Shown here piece after piece: positions 1 to 10,820 of a stretch of DNA of 64,000 nt; the first letter of the stretch is position 1, and every line of letters starts with the position of its first letter. Both the position numbers and the translations under genes were made by a program. The stretch comes from an uncultured Actinomycetota bacterium (GTDB lineage Bacteria > Actinomycetota > Actinomycetes > JACCUZ01): assembly GCA_963771345.1 (NCBI GenBank), contig CAVYTH010000003.1, positions 53,495 to 117,494 on the forward strand, in the 5' to 3' direction. The notes beneath the pieces were generated by a model, which ran no database searches, had not been told where the DNA came from, and saw nothing but the letters and a program-made list of their open reading frames with translations.

Positions 1-544
1 CGTCCCACACGTGCTCGAGCAGCTCTTCGGCGGAGATCACCGCGCCCTGGTGGGTGAGCAGGTACTCCAGCACGCCGAACTCCTTGCGGGTCAGCGCGAC
101 CAGCTCGCCGTGCCACCACACCTCGTGCCGGGCGACGTCCAGCCGCAGGTCGCCGACAGCGATCACCAGGTCGGGCTGGGCGATGTCCCGCCGCAGCAGG
201 GCGCGCACCCGCGCGACGAGCTCGGGGAAGGCGAACGGCTTGACCAGGTAGTCGTCGGCGCCTTCGTCCAGGCCCCGCACGCGGTCGACCACGCCGGCGC
301 GGGCGGTGAGCATCAGGATGCGCGCGGTGGAGCGGAGCTCGTGACGCAGCCGGCGGCAGACCTCGAGCCCGTCGAGGTCCGGCAGTCCGAGGTCGAGCAG
401 GATGACGTCGTACGTCACCAGGCCGGCCTTCTGCAGCGCCTCCTGGCCGGTGGTGGCGCGGTCGACCGCGAACCCGGCCTCCTCCAGCCCGAACTCCACC
501 GGGCGCAGCAGGTCCTGCTCGTCGTCGACGACCAGCACGCGCAT
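1..544 (-). CDS. OmpR/PhoB-family response regulator (3' end runs off the window start)
   Basis: Reverse translation from ATG 544-542 gives MRVLVVDDEQDLLRPVEFGLEEAGFAVD...DVILLDLGLPDLDGLEVCRRLR...LMLTARAGVVDRVRGLDEGADDYLVKPFAFPELVARVRALLRR, followed by a winged-helix part. It is absent from the ORF track because there is no stop in the window. Confidence 0.85.
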   Translation of the reverse strand, partial: MRVLVVDDEQDLLRPVEFGLEEAGFAVDRATTGQEALQKAGLVTYDVILLDLGLPDLDGLEVCRRLRHELRSTARILMLTARAGVVDRVRGLDEGADDYLVKPFAFPELVARVRALLRRDIAQPDLVIAVGDLRLDVARHEVWWHGELVALTRKEFGVLEYLLTHQGAVISAEELLEHVWD

Positions 545-603
545 GCCCACAGGATAAGCACGGTCCGGGGCGCCGCGAGCGGGGAGAAAATCGGGAGAAA
601 GCG

Positions 604-1671
604 TTGCTTGACAGGGGCTTTCGCGGTGCCGGGGTGGACTCCTCGGTATGGCGAACTCCCAGGTGCCCGCGCGTCCAGGACCTGCCCGACGCGACGCTGC
701 GGCTCGAACGCGCCCTGCTCGAGGTGAAGCGAGTCGTCGTCGCCCAGGACCGGCTCGTCGAACGGCTGTTCGTGTCCCTGCTGGCCAAGGGGCACTGCCT
801 GCTCGAGGGCGTGCCGGGAGTCGCCAAGACGCTGGCCGCGCGGACCCTGGCCGACGTGGTCGGCGGGTCGTTCGCCCGCATCCAGTTCACCCCGGACCTG
901 GTGCCGGCCGACATCGTCGGCACCCGGGTCTACCACCCGTCGACCGAGACGTTCTCCATCGAGCCCGGCCCGATCGTGTCCCACCTGGTGCTGGCCGACG
1001 AGATCAACCGGGCGCCGGCGAAGGTGCAGTCGGCCCTGCTCGAGGCGATGGCGGAGCAGCAGGTCTCGGTCGGCGGCCGGACCACCAAGCTGCCCGACCC
1101 GTTCCTGGTGCTGGCGACCCAGAACCCGATCGAGTCCGACGGCGTCTACCACCTCCCCGAGGCGCAGCGGGACCGCTTCATGATGCGGGTGGTCGTCGAG
1201 CTGCCCAGCGACGAGGAGGAGCGGCGCATCCTCGACCGGGTCGGGATCCAGGTGCCGCAGGTCCAGCAGGTGCTCGGCCCGGAGGAAGTCGCGCGGATGC
1301 AGAAGGACGCGGCCGGCGTCTTCGTCCACGACGCCGTCGCCGACTACGCCGTACGCCTCGTGGTGGCCACCCGGGACCCGTCCCGGCCCGGCGTCGGCGA
1401 CCTGGCCACGCTGCTGGCAGTGGGCGCCAGCCCGCGCGCGACGTTGTCGTTGGTGGCCGGAGCCCGGGCGCTCGCGCTGCTGCGCGGACGCGAGTACGTC
1501 CTGCCGCAGGACGTGGCCGACCTCGCCGTCGACGTCATCGCCCACCGGTTGATGCTCACCTTCGACGCGCTCGCCGACGGAGTCGACGCTCGTGCACTCG
1601 TCGCGGAGGTCGTCGCCCGCACCGCGCGGCCGGAGGTGTCACCGGCGCAGGGCGAGGCCGGCGCAGCCTGA
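604..1671 (+). CDS. MoxR-family AAA+ ATPase
   Basis: ORF 604..1671. Walker A LLEGVPGVAKT, Walker B/sensor HLVLADEINRAPAKVQSALLEAMAEQQVS, and ATQNPIESDGVYHLPEAQRDRF. The start could be TTG 604 or GTG 634. Confidence 0.9.
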   Translation: MLDRGFRGAGVDSSVWRTPRCPRVQDLPDATLRLERALLEVKRVVVAQDRLVERLFVSLLAKGHCLLEGVPGVAKTLAARTLADVVGGSFARIQFTPDLVPADIVGTRVYHPSTETFSIEPGPIVSHLVLADEINRAPAKVQSALLEAMAEQQVSVGGRTTKLPDPFLVLATQNPIESDGVYHLPEAQRDRFMMRVVVELPSDEEERRILDRVGIQVPQVQQVLGPEEVARMQKDAAGVFVHDAVADYAVRLVVATRDPSRPGVGDLATLLAVGASPRATLSLVAGARALALLRGREYVLPQDVADLAVDVIAHRLMLTFDALADGVDARALVAEVVARTARPEVSPAQGEAGAA

Positions 1672-2690
1672 TGTCACGTCCCCCGCTCGGCACCGGCCCG
1701 CCGAACATCCCGGTGGTCCCGTTGCGTGAGCTGTCGCCGGAGGTCGCGCTGTCGCGGCTCGAGCTGTCGGTGGGGCGCCGCATCGACGGGCTGCTCAGCG
1801 GCGACCACCCCGGCTTCGGTCTCGGCCCGGGCAGCGAGCTCGCCGAGGCCCGCCTCTACCAGCGCGGCCAGGACGACGTACGACGCATCGACTGGAACGT
1901 CACCGCGCGCACCGGGGAGGTGCACGTGCGCGACCTCGTCGCCGACCGGGAGCTGACCACCTGGGCACTGGTCGACGCGACGGCGTCGATGGACTTCGGC
2001 ACCGCCCTGATGGAGAAGCGCGACCTCGCGGCCGCCGTGACGATCGCGCTCGCGTACGTCACCAACCGCGGCGCCGACCAGTTCGGCGTGCACCTGCTGA
2101 CCACCGACGGCGTGCTGTCCTGGCCGCACCGCAGTGGCCGGACGCACCGGCTGATGATGCTGCGCGGGCTGGCGGAGGCGCCCCGAAAGGGGTACGGCGA
2201 CCCGCCGGGTCTGGCCACGGGGGTGGAGTCGCTCGCCCGGCACCGTCGCCGTGGCCTCCGGTTCGTCGTGTCCGACCTGCTCGACCCGCAACGCGACGCG
2301 TGGGCGCGCGCCCTGCACGGTCTGGCCGTGGCGCACCGGGTGATCGTCGTCGAGGTGATCGACCCGCGCGAGCTCGACCTGCCCGACATCGGCGTGGTGA
2401 CCTTCCTCGACCCGGAGACCGGCTCGACCCACGACGTGGACACGTCCTCGCGCAAGGTACGTCGCCGGTTCGCCGCCGCCGCGCGAGAGGAGCGGGCTGC
2501 GAACGCGGCCGCGGTCCGCGGGGCCGGCGCCGAGCACCTCGTCGTGTCCACCGGCGAGGACTGGCTGCGCGCCCTGGTCCGCTTCGTGGTCGGCGCGCGT
2601 CACCCCAGTCCCGGCGGCGGCACCCGCAGGGCCGCAGCGGCCGGCCGGCCCTCCCTCGCCCTCGTGCCACCACCGGAGGCATCCCGATGA
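1671..2690 (+). CDS. DUF58 domain protein (MoxR-associated)
   Basis: ATG 1671 overlaps the moxR stop (ATGA). The frame of ORF 648..2690 contains DDVRRIDWNVTARTGEVHVRDLVADRELTTWALVDATASMDFG and FVVSDLLD, typical of DUF58. Confidence 0.85.
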   Translation: MSRPPLGTGPPNIPVVPLRELSPEVALSRLELSVGRRIDGLLSGDHPGFGLGPGSELAEARLYQRGQDDVRRIDWNVTARTGEVHVRDLVADRELTTWALVDATASMDFGTALMEKRDLAAAVTIALAYVTNRGADQFGVHLLTTDGVLSWPHRSGRTHRLMMLRGLAEAPRKGYGDPPGLATGVESLARHRRRGLRFVVSDLLDPQRDAWARALHGLAVAHRVIVVEVIDPRELDLPDIGVVTFLDPETGSTHDVDTSSRKVRRRFAAAAREERAANAAAVRGAGAEHLVVSTGEDWLRALVRFVVGARHPSPGGGTRRAAAAGRPSLALVPPPEASR

Positions 2691-3668
2691 TCTTCCTGTC
2701 GCCGGACCGGCTGTGGCTGCTGCTGGGCGTGCTGGGTCTGCTGGTCGCGTACGTGGTGGCGCAGTTCGCCCGCCGGCGGCACGCGGTGCGGTACGCGGCG
2801 CTGCCGCTGCTGGCGCGAGTGGCGCCCCGACCCGGTTGGCGCCGCCACCTGCCCGCGGCGCTGTTCCTGCTGATGATGGCCGCGCTGGTCGCCGGGTTCG
2901 CCCGCCCGCAGACCGACGTGCGGGTGCCGCGCGAGCGGGCGACTGTCGTGGTGGTGCTCGACACCAGCGACTCGATGCGGGCAACCGACGTCATCCCGGA
3001 CCGGTTCAGCGTCGCGCGCGATGCGGCCGCGGCGTTCGTCCGACGGCTGCCGTCCCAGTACCGCGTCGGCCTGGTGCCGTTCTCCACGACGGCGGACGTC
3101 GCCGTACCCCCGACGACAGACCACGCCCTCGTCATCGACTCGATCATGAGGCTGGAGCCCGGCGGGGCGACTGCCATCGGCGACGCCATGGTGACGTCGA
3201 CCGAGGCGTCTCAGCGGCTGATCGGCGAATGGGTGGCTGGCGGCGTCAGCCGCGTCGGGCGCCGGCCCGAGGGAGCGGCAACGCGCGGAGCGGATCCCGT
3301 CCCGGATGGTGCTGCTGAGCGACGGCGCCAGCTCTCGCGGCATTCCGGTGGAGGAGGGCATCGAAGCCGCGGTCCTGGCCGGGGTGCGGGTGTCGACCAT
3401 CGCGTACGGAACCGACGCTGGCGTTCTGCGCGACCAGCCCGTGCCGGTCGACCACGAGACGTTGCGGACGATCGCGGCCGAGACCGGCGGTCGGGCCTAC
3501 CGGGCCGAGAGTGCCCGGGAGCTGCGCAGGGTCTACCGCGACCTCGGCAGCTCGCTGGGGTACCGGATCGAGCGCCATGAGGTCACCTCGTGGGCGGTCG
3601 GTCTCGGCCTGCTGGCCGGGCTGCTCGCGGCCACCACGTCGCTGCGCTTCACCGGGCGGTTGCCGTGA
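2687..3668 (+). pseudogene. VWA-domain membrane protein (BatA-like), frame-disrupted as sequenced
   Basis: ATG 2687 overlaps the DUF58 stop (ATGA). Frame 2 carries TM helices, the MIDAS motif VVVLDTSDSM and GGATAIGDAM. The C-terminal half (MVLLSDGASSRG...TIAYGTDAG...AAETGGRAYRAES plus a TM helix) is ORF 3306..3668 in another frame. One frame change lies between about 3225 and 3300. Confidence 0.8.
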
Positions 3669-4619
3669 CCGGGCCGGAGTTCCGGCGGCCCGCCGGCGTC
3701 GCCGGGCCGACCCGCCCCGCCGCGCCGCCGACGTACCGGCGTACCGTCCCGGCCGCGCCGCAGATGAGACGGTCCGCACCGGGAACGGTCACTCGCCCGC
3801 TGGCATCGCCGACCGCATCCGGGGCCGCGGCGCCACCCGCGCCGTCTGCGTCGCCCGTCCCGCCGCCGACATCGCCACGAACACGCGGCCGTTCCTGGCG
3901 CCGGTACGCGGTCGTCGCCGTCGTCAGCGCGTCGCTTGCCGTCGGTGTGCTGGGCGGTGTCTCGGCTCTGCGCCGCGACGACGCTGTCCGTCAGCGCGCC
4001 GCCGGCGTCGTCGCAGCTGTCGTCGCGGCTGACGATCGGTCAGGTGGCCAACCAGGCGCTGCCCAGCGTGGTGTCGGTCCAGGTGCGCTCGGGGAGCCGG
4101 CGAGCCTCCGGCAGTGGCTTCGTCGTCGATGACGGCGTCGTGGTGACCAACGCGCACGTCGTGGGTTCCCCGTTCGCCGACGTACGGGTGCGGTTCTCCA
4201 GCGGCGCCTCGACCGACGCCGACGTGCTCGGCCTCAGCACTGAGGACGACCTCGCGGTGCTGCGGGTTCAGCTGCCGTCCGGCGTCGACCCGCTGCCCCT
4301 CGCGGATGCGTCGCTGGCGACCGCCGTGGGGGACGAGGTGATCGCGGTCGGCTCGCCGCTCGGCCTGGCCGGCACCGTGACGGCGGGCATCGTCAGCGCG
4401 ACCGACCGCCAGGTCCGGCTCGGCTCGACCCGGGCGAGCGCCGTCCAGACCGACGCGTCCATCAACCCCGGCAACTCCGGCGGCCCGCTCATCGACCGCC
4501 GCGGCCGGGTGATCGGGGTGAACACCTCGATCGCCAGCCTCGGCGGCGGCAACATCGGCATCGGGTTCGCCATCCCGGCCGACCGGGTGCGGTCGGTGGT
4601 CGACCGGCTGACCTCCTGA
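3665..4619 (+). pseudogene. Trypsin-like (S1C/HtrA-type) serine protease with N-terminal TM anchor, frame-disrupted as sequenced
   Basis: GTG 3665 overlaps the VWA stop (GTGA). One frame holds a Pro-rich N-terminus and a TM helix (RRYAVVAVVSASLAVGVLGGV). The protease domain is in ORF 3936..4619 (VVTNAHVV, DLAVLRV, INPGNSGGPLID). The frame change is around 3960-4020. Confidence 0.8.
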
Positions 4620-4663
4620 CCTCGCGCCGACCGTCGGCCGCGGCGAGCGGATAGGTTCGCGAG

Positions 4664-5954
4664 GTGGCCACGGACGCCTCCGCTGCAGGGCCGAGCACAG
4701 CGGGCTCGGTGCTGTTCGCGAGCGCCATCGGTGCGATCGCCGGCGCGGCGCTGACCAGTCACCGGGGGCGGCGTGCGCTCGCCGTCGGCACCGCGGTCGG
4801 CGCCACCGGGCTGGCCGCGAGCGAGGCGGTGGCCCGGGCGCGGCAGCGGCCCGGCGAGATCCCGGCGCTGTGGCAGCGCATCGCGGTGAGCGCCGCGATG
4901 GCCGCCCCGCTCGGCTGGGCTGGCGGGGCGCGTCGGCCGGGCCGGCCCGCGCGCCGTCGGGACCGTCACCGGCGCGGCCGTCGGGGCGCTCGGCCTGCGC
5001 CCGCAGAAGGTGGCGATGGGGCCGGTGGTCGGCGCCCTCGTCGGCTCGGCGTACGCCGCGCGGGACGAGCGCGCCCCGGCGTCCGTCGTGGCGAGCACCA
5101 CCGTGCTCGCCTACCGGACGCTGTCGGCGCTGGTGTTCCGGGACGCGCAGGTCAGCCTGCTGGCCGAGCGGGTCGAGGCGAGCGCGCTGCCGTTCGTCGT
5201 CCCGCTGCCGGCCCGCACCCGCTACGTCGGCACCGGGTACGTGCGTGACCTCGCCGCCGTGCAGGGCGGCGTCTACCGGGCCGACGCGCCGGACACCGGC
5301 ATCGTCGCGTCGCTGAACGCGCTGGTCGGGCCGCAGTTCGACCCCGCGACCGTCGACCCGCGGGTGCGCGAGTTCTACGAGCACACGACCCGGTTCAGCC
5401 TCGACATCGTCCCGGCCTGGCGGCTCTGGGTGCGGCCGGGCTACCTGCTCTACCGGACGCTGGTCGCCCGCCCGCTGGGGCAGGCGAACGTGCCGATGAA
5501 CCAGCGGGAGGCGCAGCGGGGGATCCGCAGCCGGATCGACACGATCAGCCCGGCGGCCGGCGAGGAGGTGTCGGTGCGCGGCTGGATCCGGTCGTTCGCC
5601 GACACCGACGAGCCCATCTACGTCGGCATCTACACGACGTACCGGCACGAGGGCCGTGGCTACGTGAGCGTCGGCTTCCCCCTGCCGCAGGCCAGCTTCA
5701 CCGCCACCCTGCTGCCGCAGCCCCGCCCCGACGGCGGGCTGACCCTGACCAGCCACGCCGACGACGACCAGGCGGGCCACTACCTGACCTACGTGGACCC
5801 GGCGACCGCCGAGCTCACCGCGCTGGCGGTCCCCGGGTTCGGCGAGCGGCTCGACGTGTACGTCGAGGACGACGAGGTGCGGGCCGAGCACGCCTTCTCG
5901 GTCTTCGGCTTCCCGTTCCTCGTCCTGCACTACGCCATCCGCCCCAAGCCCTGA
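4664..5954 (+). pseudogene. Conserved hypothetical protein with Gly/Ala-rich N-terminal membrane segment, frame-disrupted as sequenced
   Basis: ORF 4664..5248 (SVLFASAIGAIAGAAL...[12 protein letters not shown]) continues as ...[36 protein letters not shown] in ORF 5010..5954 after a frame change near 4925. I could not recognise a family. Confidence 0.55.
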
Positions 5955-6070
5955 CCTGACCTCGACCTCGGGCTCGGCGCTGACCATTTGCGCATGATCA
6001 CCGGGGATCGTGGGCGGTGGTGTGGGTGACCGCGGGCCGGGTGGGCGGAGCCGCACGTAGACTCCCGTCC

Positions 6071-7924
6071 GTGGCAGGCCGGATCCGGGACGAGGACGTC
6101 GTCCTCGTCAAGGAGCGCGCCGACATCGCCGAGGTGATCGGCGACGTCGTGACCCTGCGGCCCGCGGGCGGCGGCAACTTCAAGGGCCTGTGCCCGTTCC
6201 ACGACGAGAAGAGCCCGTCGTTCTCGGTGCGCCCGTCGGTGGGGTCGTTCCACTGCTTCGGGTGCCAGGAGGGCGGCGACGTCATCTCGTTCCTGATGAA
6301 GATCGACCACCTGACCTTCGCCGAGACCGTCGAGCGGCTCGCCGGCCGCTACGGCATCCAGCTGCGCTACGAGGAGGGCGGTCCGGGGCCGGCCCGGCAG
6401 CCCGGTCAGCGCACCCGCCTCGTCGAGGCGCACCTCGCGGCGGCGCAGTTCTTCGCCGAGCAGCTCGCCACTCCCGAAGCGGCTCCCGGCCGGCAGTTCC
6501 TCAGCGAGCGCGGCTTCGACCAGGCCGCGGCCGAGCACTTCGGGGTCGGCTTCGCACCGAAGGGCTGGGACGCGCTGACCAACCACCTGCGCGGCCTCCG
6601 CTTCACCACCGAGGAGCTGATGGCGGGCGGTCTCGTCTCGCAGGGGCAGCGCGGTGTCTACGACCGGTTCCGCGGCCGGCTGATCTGGCCGATCCGCGAC
6701 ATCGCCGGCGACGTCGTCGGCTTCGGTGCCCGTCACCTGTTCGAGGACGACCAGGGCCCGAAGTACCTCAACACCCCCGAGACCCCGATCTACAAGAAGT
6801 CCAGCGTCCTCTACGGCGTCGACCTCGCGAAGAAGGACATCGCGCGGCGGATGCAGGCCGTGGTCGTCGAGGGCTACACCGACGTGATGGCCTGCCACCT
6901 CTCCGGCGTCGAGACCGCGATCGCCACCTGCGGCACCGCGTTCGGCGAGGAGCACATCAAGATCCTCCGCCGGCTGCTGATGGACCAGAGCGAGTTCCGC
7001 GGCGAGGTGGTCTTCACCTTCGACGGCGACTCCGCCGGGCAGAAGGCCGCGCTCAAGGCGTTCCAGGACGACCAGAAGTTCGTCACCCAGACCTTCGTCG
7101 CGGTCGAGCCCGGCGGCATGGACCCGTGCGAGCTGCGCCAGCACAAGGGCGACACCGCGGTCCGCGACCTGATCGCGCGACGGGTGCCGCTGTTCGAGTT
7201 CGCGATCCGGTCGACGATCGGCACCTACGACCTCAACACCAACGAGGGCCGCACCCAGGCGACCCGGGCCGGCATGGAGGTCGTGCGCCAGATCAGGGAC
7301 GTGTCGCTGCGCGGCAACTACGCCCGGTCGCTCGCCGGCTGGGTCGGCCTGGCCGATCCCGACGAGCTGGTCCGTGCCGCCCGCGGCGACGTGCGCGAGG
7401 TCGGTCGTCGCGTGCCCGCGCAGGCGATGGCGGGCTCCGGTCCGGACCCGCGCGACCCGGCGTTCCGCTACGAGCGCGACGTGCTCAAGGTCGTGCTGCA
7501 GGCGCCGTCACTGGCAACCGGCTTCGACGAGCTGGACGCCTCGGTCTTCACCGCACTGCCCTATGCCGCCGTGCATGCCGCAGTGGTTGCCGCGGGAGGG
7601 CTCGCGACAGCCGGCTCGGGCGGCGGCGAGTGGGTGGCGAAGGTCGACGCCGCGTCCGCCGATGACGCCGTACGCCGGCTGGTGCGCGAGCTGGCCGTCG
7701 AGCCGTTGCCGTCGGACGACCAAGCCCTCACCCGGTACGCCACCGAGGTGCTGGCGCGTCTCGAGGAGCTCGCTGCCACGCGTCGGATCGCGGAGGTCAA
7801 GTCGCGGCTGCAGCGCTTGAACCCGGTGGAACAAAGTGGCGAGTACAACCGCTTGTTCGGTGAACTTGTTGCACTCGAAGCGCATCGACGCGCGCTGCGT
7901 GAACGGTCGATAGGAACGCTGTGA
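6071..7924 (+). CDS. dnaG: DNA primase
   Basis: ORF 6017..7924. Zinc finger [13 protein letters not shown]...[15 protein letters not shown] and TOPRIM motifs [10 protein letters not shown]...[13 protein letters not shown]. The likely start is GTG 6071 ([10 protein letters not shown]). Confidence 0.95.
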   Translation: MAGRIRDEDVVLVKERADIAEVIGDVVTLRPAGGGNFKGLCPFHDEKSPSFSVRPSVGSFHCFGCQEGGDVISFLMKIDHLTFAETVERLAGRYGIQLRYEEGGPGPARQPGQRTRLVEAHLAAAQFFAEQLATPEAAPGRQFLSERGFDQAAAEHFGVGFAPKGWDALTNHLRGLRFTTEELMAGGLVSQGQRGVYDRFRGRLIWPIRDIAGDVVGFGARHLFEDDQGPKYLNTPETPIYKKSSVLYGVDLAKKDIARRMQAVVVEGYTDVMACHLSGVETAIATCGTAFGEEHIKILRRLLMDQSEFRGEVVFTFDGDSAGQKAALKAFQDDQKFVTQTFVAVEPGGMDPCELRQHKGDTAVRDLIARRVPLFEFAIRSTIGTYDLNTNEGRTQATRAGMEVVRQIRDVSLRGNYARSLAGWVGLADPDELVRAARGDVREVGRRVPAQAMAGSGPDPRDPAFRYERDVLKVVLQAPSLATGFDELDASVFTALPYAAVHAAVVAAGGLATAGSGGGEWVAKVDAASADDAVRRLVRELAVEPLPSDDQALTRYATEVLARLEELAATRRIAEVKSRLQRLNPVEQSGEYNRLFGELVALEAHRRALRERSIGTL

Positions 7925-7982
7925 TGACCACCATGCGGACGCAAGTAACGGAACTGTAGATCCACTTCCTATTCGGCTGCGG

Positions 7983-9203
7983 TTGATCCCGTTGAGGGGC
8001 AGACTGACCGATGTGGGGGATGTTGTGATCCTTCCGGATCCCGTCGACGAGGTGGTGACCCGGCTCCGCGCCAAGGGCGACGGAGCGGGTCTACTTCCCG
8101 CGCAGGTCGTCGCCTCCGAGGCGATGGAGTCAGGTCTCGCGCCCGAGAGCGTCGCCGAGATCGTGCGCGGCCTCGCCGAGGCCGGCGTCGAGGTCGTCAC
8201 CGACGAGCCGTCGGTCGAAGAGCTCAAGGCCGCCGAGGTCGAGGAGCCGGAGCAGCCGTCGCTCGACGACGTGGGCCCGTCGGCGTCCGCCGACCTGGTG
8301 CGCGTCTACCTGCGCGAGATCGGCCGCGTTTCCCTGCTCACCGCCGCCGACGAGGTCGACCTCGCCAAGCGCGTCGAGGCGGGCGTGTTCGCCGCCGAGC
8401 GACTGTCCGCGATCGAGGACGACCCGAGCATCGACGCCGACTTCCGCCGCGACCTGCTCGCCGTCGTGGGCGACGGGCAGCGCGCCAAGCAGCGCCTCAT
8501 CGAGTCGAACCTGCGGCTGGTCGTCTCGATCGCCAAGAGGTACGCCGGTCGCGGGCTGCCGTTCCTCGACCTCATCCAGGAGGGCAACCTCGGGCTGATC
8601 CGCGCGGTCGAGAAGTTCGACTACACCCGCGGCTTCAAGTTCTCGACGTACGCGTCGTGGTGGATCCGGCAGGCGGTGTCCCGCGCGGTCGCCGACCAGG
8701 CCCGCACCATCCGGATCCCGGTGCACATGGTCGAGACCGTGAACCGGATCCTGCGCGCGCAGCGGATGCTCGTGCAGACCCTCGGCCGCGACCCGAGCGC
8801 CGCCGAGATCGCCGTCCAGGTCGACATGCCCGCCGAGCGGGTCGAGGAGATCAAGCGGCTCGCGATGGAGCCGGTGTCGCTGCACTCGCCGGTCGGCGAG
8901 GAGGAAGGGTCCGAGCTCGGTGACCTGATCGAGGACTCCGAGTCGGTGCCGCCCGCCGAGCTCGTCTCGGCCGGCCTGCTGGCCAGCCACGTCGAGGCCG
9001 TCCTGACCCACCTCGGCGACCGTGAGCGCGAGGTCGTCCGGATGCGCTACGGCCTCACCGACGGCGAGCCGCGCACGCTCGAGGAGGTCGGCCGCGCGTT
9101 CGGCGTCACCCGCGAGCGGGTCCGCCAGATCGAGGCGAAGAGCCTCGCGAAGCTGCGCCACCCGCACCTCTCAGCCCAGCTGCGCGACTACCTCGGCACC
9201 TGA
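7983..9203 (+). CDS. RpoD/SigA-family (group 1/2) sigma-70 factor
   Basis: ORF 7983..9203. Contains [81 protein letters not shown] and the region 4 motif [24 protein letters not shown]. Confidence 0.9.
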   Translation: MIPLRGRLTDVGDVVILPDPVDEVVTRLRAKGDGAGLLPAQVVASEAMESGLAPESVAEIVRGLAEAGVEVVTDEPSVEELKAAEVEEPEQPSLDDVGPSASADLVRVYLREIGRVSLLTAADEVDLAKRVEAGVFAAERLSAIEDDPSIDADFRRDLLAVVGDGQRAKQRLIESNLRLVVSIAKRYAGRGLPFLDLIQEGNLGLIRAVEKFDYTRGFKFSTYASWWIRQAVSRAVADQARTIRIPVHMVETVNRILRAQRMLVQTLGRDPSAAEIAVQVDMPAERVEEIKRLAMEPVSLHSPVGEEEGSELGDLIEDSESVPPAELVSAGLLASHVEAVLTHLGDREREVVRMRYGLTDGEPRTLEEVGRAFGVTRERVRQIEAKSLAKLRHPHLSAQLRDYLGT

Positions 9204-9235
9204 CCCATCGCGCGTCGGCCCGTAGCCTGCTGCGG

Positions 9236-9721
9236 GTGAGGTTCCGACGCGCCGAGCGCCTGCCCGACGACGTGCGTGCGTCGCTGCCGCTCGAGCCGGG
9301 CGAGCGGGTGATCGCCGCCGCCCGTGACCGCGGCGAGGGCTGGCTGGTGGCCACCGAGCGGGCGCTGCTCGCCGGCGACCGGCGCACCCCCTGGACCGAC
9401 GTCGTGCACGCCCGGTGGGACGACGAGCAGCTGCTGCTCACGGTCGACCTGGCACCCGACGCGGGTCCGTCGATGCGCCTCGCGCTCACCGATCCCGGCC
9501 GGCTGCCCGAGACGGTGCACGAGCGGGTGATGGACAGCATCGTGCTGAGCCGCCGGGTGCCGGTGCCGGGTGGCGCGGTCCGCGTGGTGGCCCGGCGCGG
9601 CGACGGCTCGCCGGAGACGCTGTGGCAGGTCGTGCCCGACGCCGGCACCGACCTGGCCGACCCTGCGGTGCGCGACCGGGTCGAGGCGTCGCTGTCGGTG
9701 CTGCGCGCCGAGCTGGGCTGA
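9236..9721 (+). CDS. Hypothetical protein
   Basis: Intact 161-aa ORF with GC-rich third positions and protein-like composition. No family recognised. Confidence 0.55.
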   Translation: MRFRRAERLPDDVRASLPLEPGERVIAAARDRGEGWLVATERALLAGDRRTPWTDVVHARWDDEQLLLTVDLAPDAGPSMRLALTDPGRLPETVHERVMDSIVLSRRVPVPGGAVRVVARRGDGSPETLWQVVPDAGTDLADPAVRDRVEASLSVLRAELG

Positions 9722-9727
9722 GCCGGG

Positions 9728-10795
9728 TCAGGCGGCCTTGGCGGACGCCGCGGACCGTCGCCGGCCGGCTGCCTTCGGCGGCTTGCGCAGCAGCCGGAGC
9801 ACCGCCGCCTCGACCATGCCGTGGGTGGCCGGCTGGCCGAAGTCGGCGTCCGCCCCGAGCCGCTCGAGCGAGGCGGCGACGGTCACGCCGTCGTCGTACA
9901 GGTCGATGACCCTCGGATCGATGTACGACGACCGGCACACCGCGGGGGTGTTGCCGAGGTACTCGGCCACCTCCTTGATCGCGCGGTTCACCGCCCGCTT
10001 GCGTGCGCTCTCCGAGGTCGGTGCCTGCGTCGAGACCGCGAGCCCCACCGCCATCAGCACCGTGGCGTGCCAGGTGCGGAAGTCCTTGGCGCTGACCTCG
10101 CCGTCGAACACCTCGCGCAGGTAGGCGTTGATGTCGGCGCTGGTGATGTCGTGCCAGCCCGTGCGGTCCTTGTAGGCCAGCAGCTCCTTGCTCTTGTCGT
10201 CGCGCTTGAGCAGCGCGACGACGACCTTGCGCACGCTCTCGTCGACGACCGACTGCACCCGGTGCTTGCCGCTCTTCGCGATGTAGTCGAAGACGACCAG
10301 GTCGCCGGTGACGGTGACGTGCTTGCGCCGCATCGTGGCGAGGCCGAAGGTGCCGTTCTCCTCGGCGTAGGACTCGCCGCCGACCCGGAAGAACCCGAGG
10401 TCGAGCAGCCGGAACGCCGCCGCCAGCACCCGCTGCTGGGTCATGCCGCGCTGCTCGAGGTGGGCCTCGACCTTGCGGCGGGCCATCGGGAGGCGCTTGG
10501 CGAAGGTCAGGACCCGCTGGTGCTTCTCGGCGTCGCGCTGCACCCGCCACTCGTCGTGGTAGCGGTACTGCCGGCGCCCGGCCGCGTCGGTGCCGATGGC
10601 CTGGATGTGGCCGCGGGGGTGCGGGCAGATCCAGACGTCCTCCCACGCCGGCGGGAGCACGAGGTCGGCGATGCGCTGGAGCACGACGGGGTCGTCGACC
10701 TTGCGGCCGTCCGACCACCGGTACGAGAAGCCCTTGCCGCGGCGTACCCGGGCGATGCCCGGCCCGGCACAGTCCACCCGTCGAAGTCGTGCCAC
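9728..10795 (-). CDS. DNA topoisomerase IB (poxvirus-type, bacterial)
   Basis: ORF 9728..10795. Contains GKGFSYRW, HIQAIGTDAAGRRQYRYH, FRVGGESYAEENGTFGLATMRRKHV, DFRTWHATV and LGNTPAVCRSSYIDPRV (catalytic Tyr region). Confidence 0.85.
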   Translation of the reverse strand: MARLRRVDCAGPGIARVRRGKGFSYRWSDGRKVDDPVVLQRIADLVLPPAWEDVWICPHPRGHIQAIGTDAAGRRQYRYHDEWRVQRDAEKHQRVLTFAKRLPMARRKVEAHLEQRGMTQQRVLAAAFRLLDLGFFRVGGESYAEENGTFGLATMRRKHVTVTGDLVVFDYIAKSGKHRVQSVVDESVRKVVVALLKRDDKSKELLAYKDRTGWHDITSADINAYLREVFDGEVSAKDFRTWHATVLMAVGLAVSTQAPTSESARKRAVNRAIKEVAEYLGNTPAVCRSSYIDPRVIDLYDDGVTVAASLERLGADADFGQPATHGMVEAAVLRLLRKPPKAAGRRRSAASAKAA

Positions 10796-10820
10796 AGTCG
10801 ATCTCCCCCCGTGCCCGGAG

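Noticed and set aside
3924-6056. Very long antisense ORFs. Examples are 415..1545(-), 1674..2984(-), 3924..6056(-), 5930..7144(-), 9486..10718(-), 40739..42058(-), 45857..47428(-) in part, 48396..50177(-) and 60450..62570(-).
   Set aside because: Their translations are Arg/Pro/Gly/Ala-rich and lack motifs. They lie opposite genes with clear family signatures. These are the typical stop-poor shadow frames of high-GC DNA.
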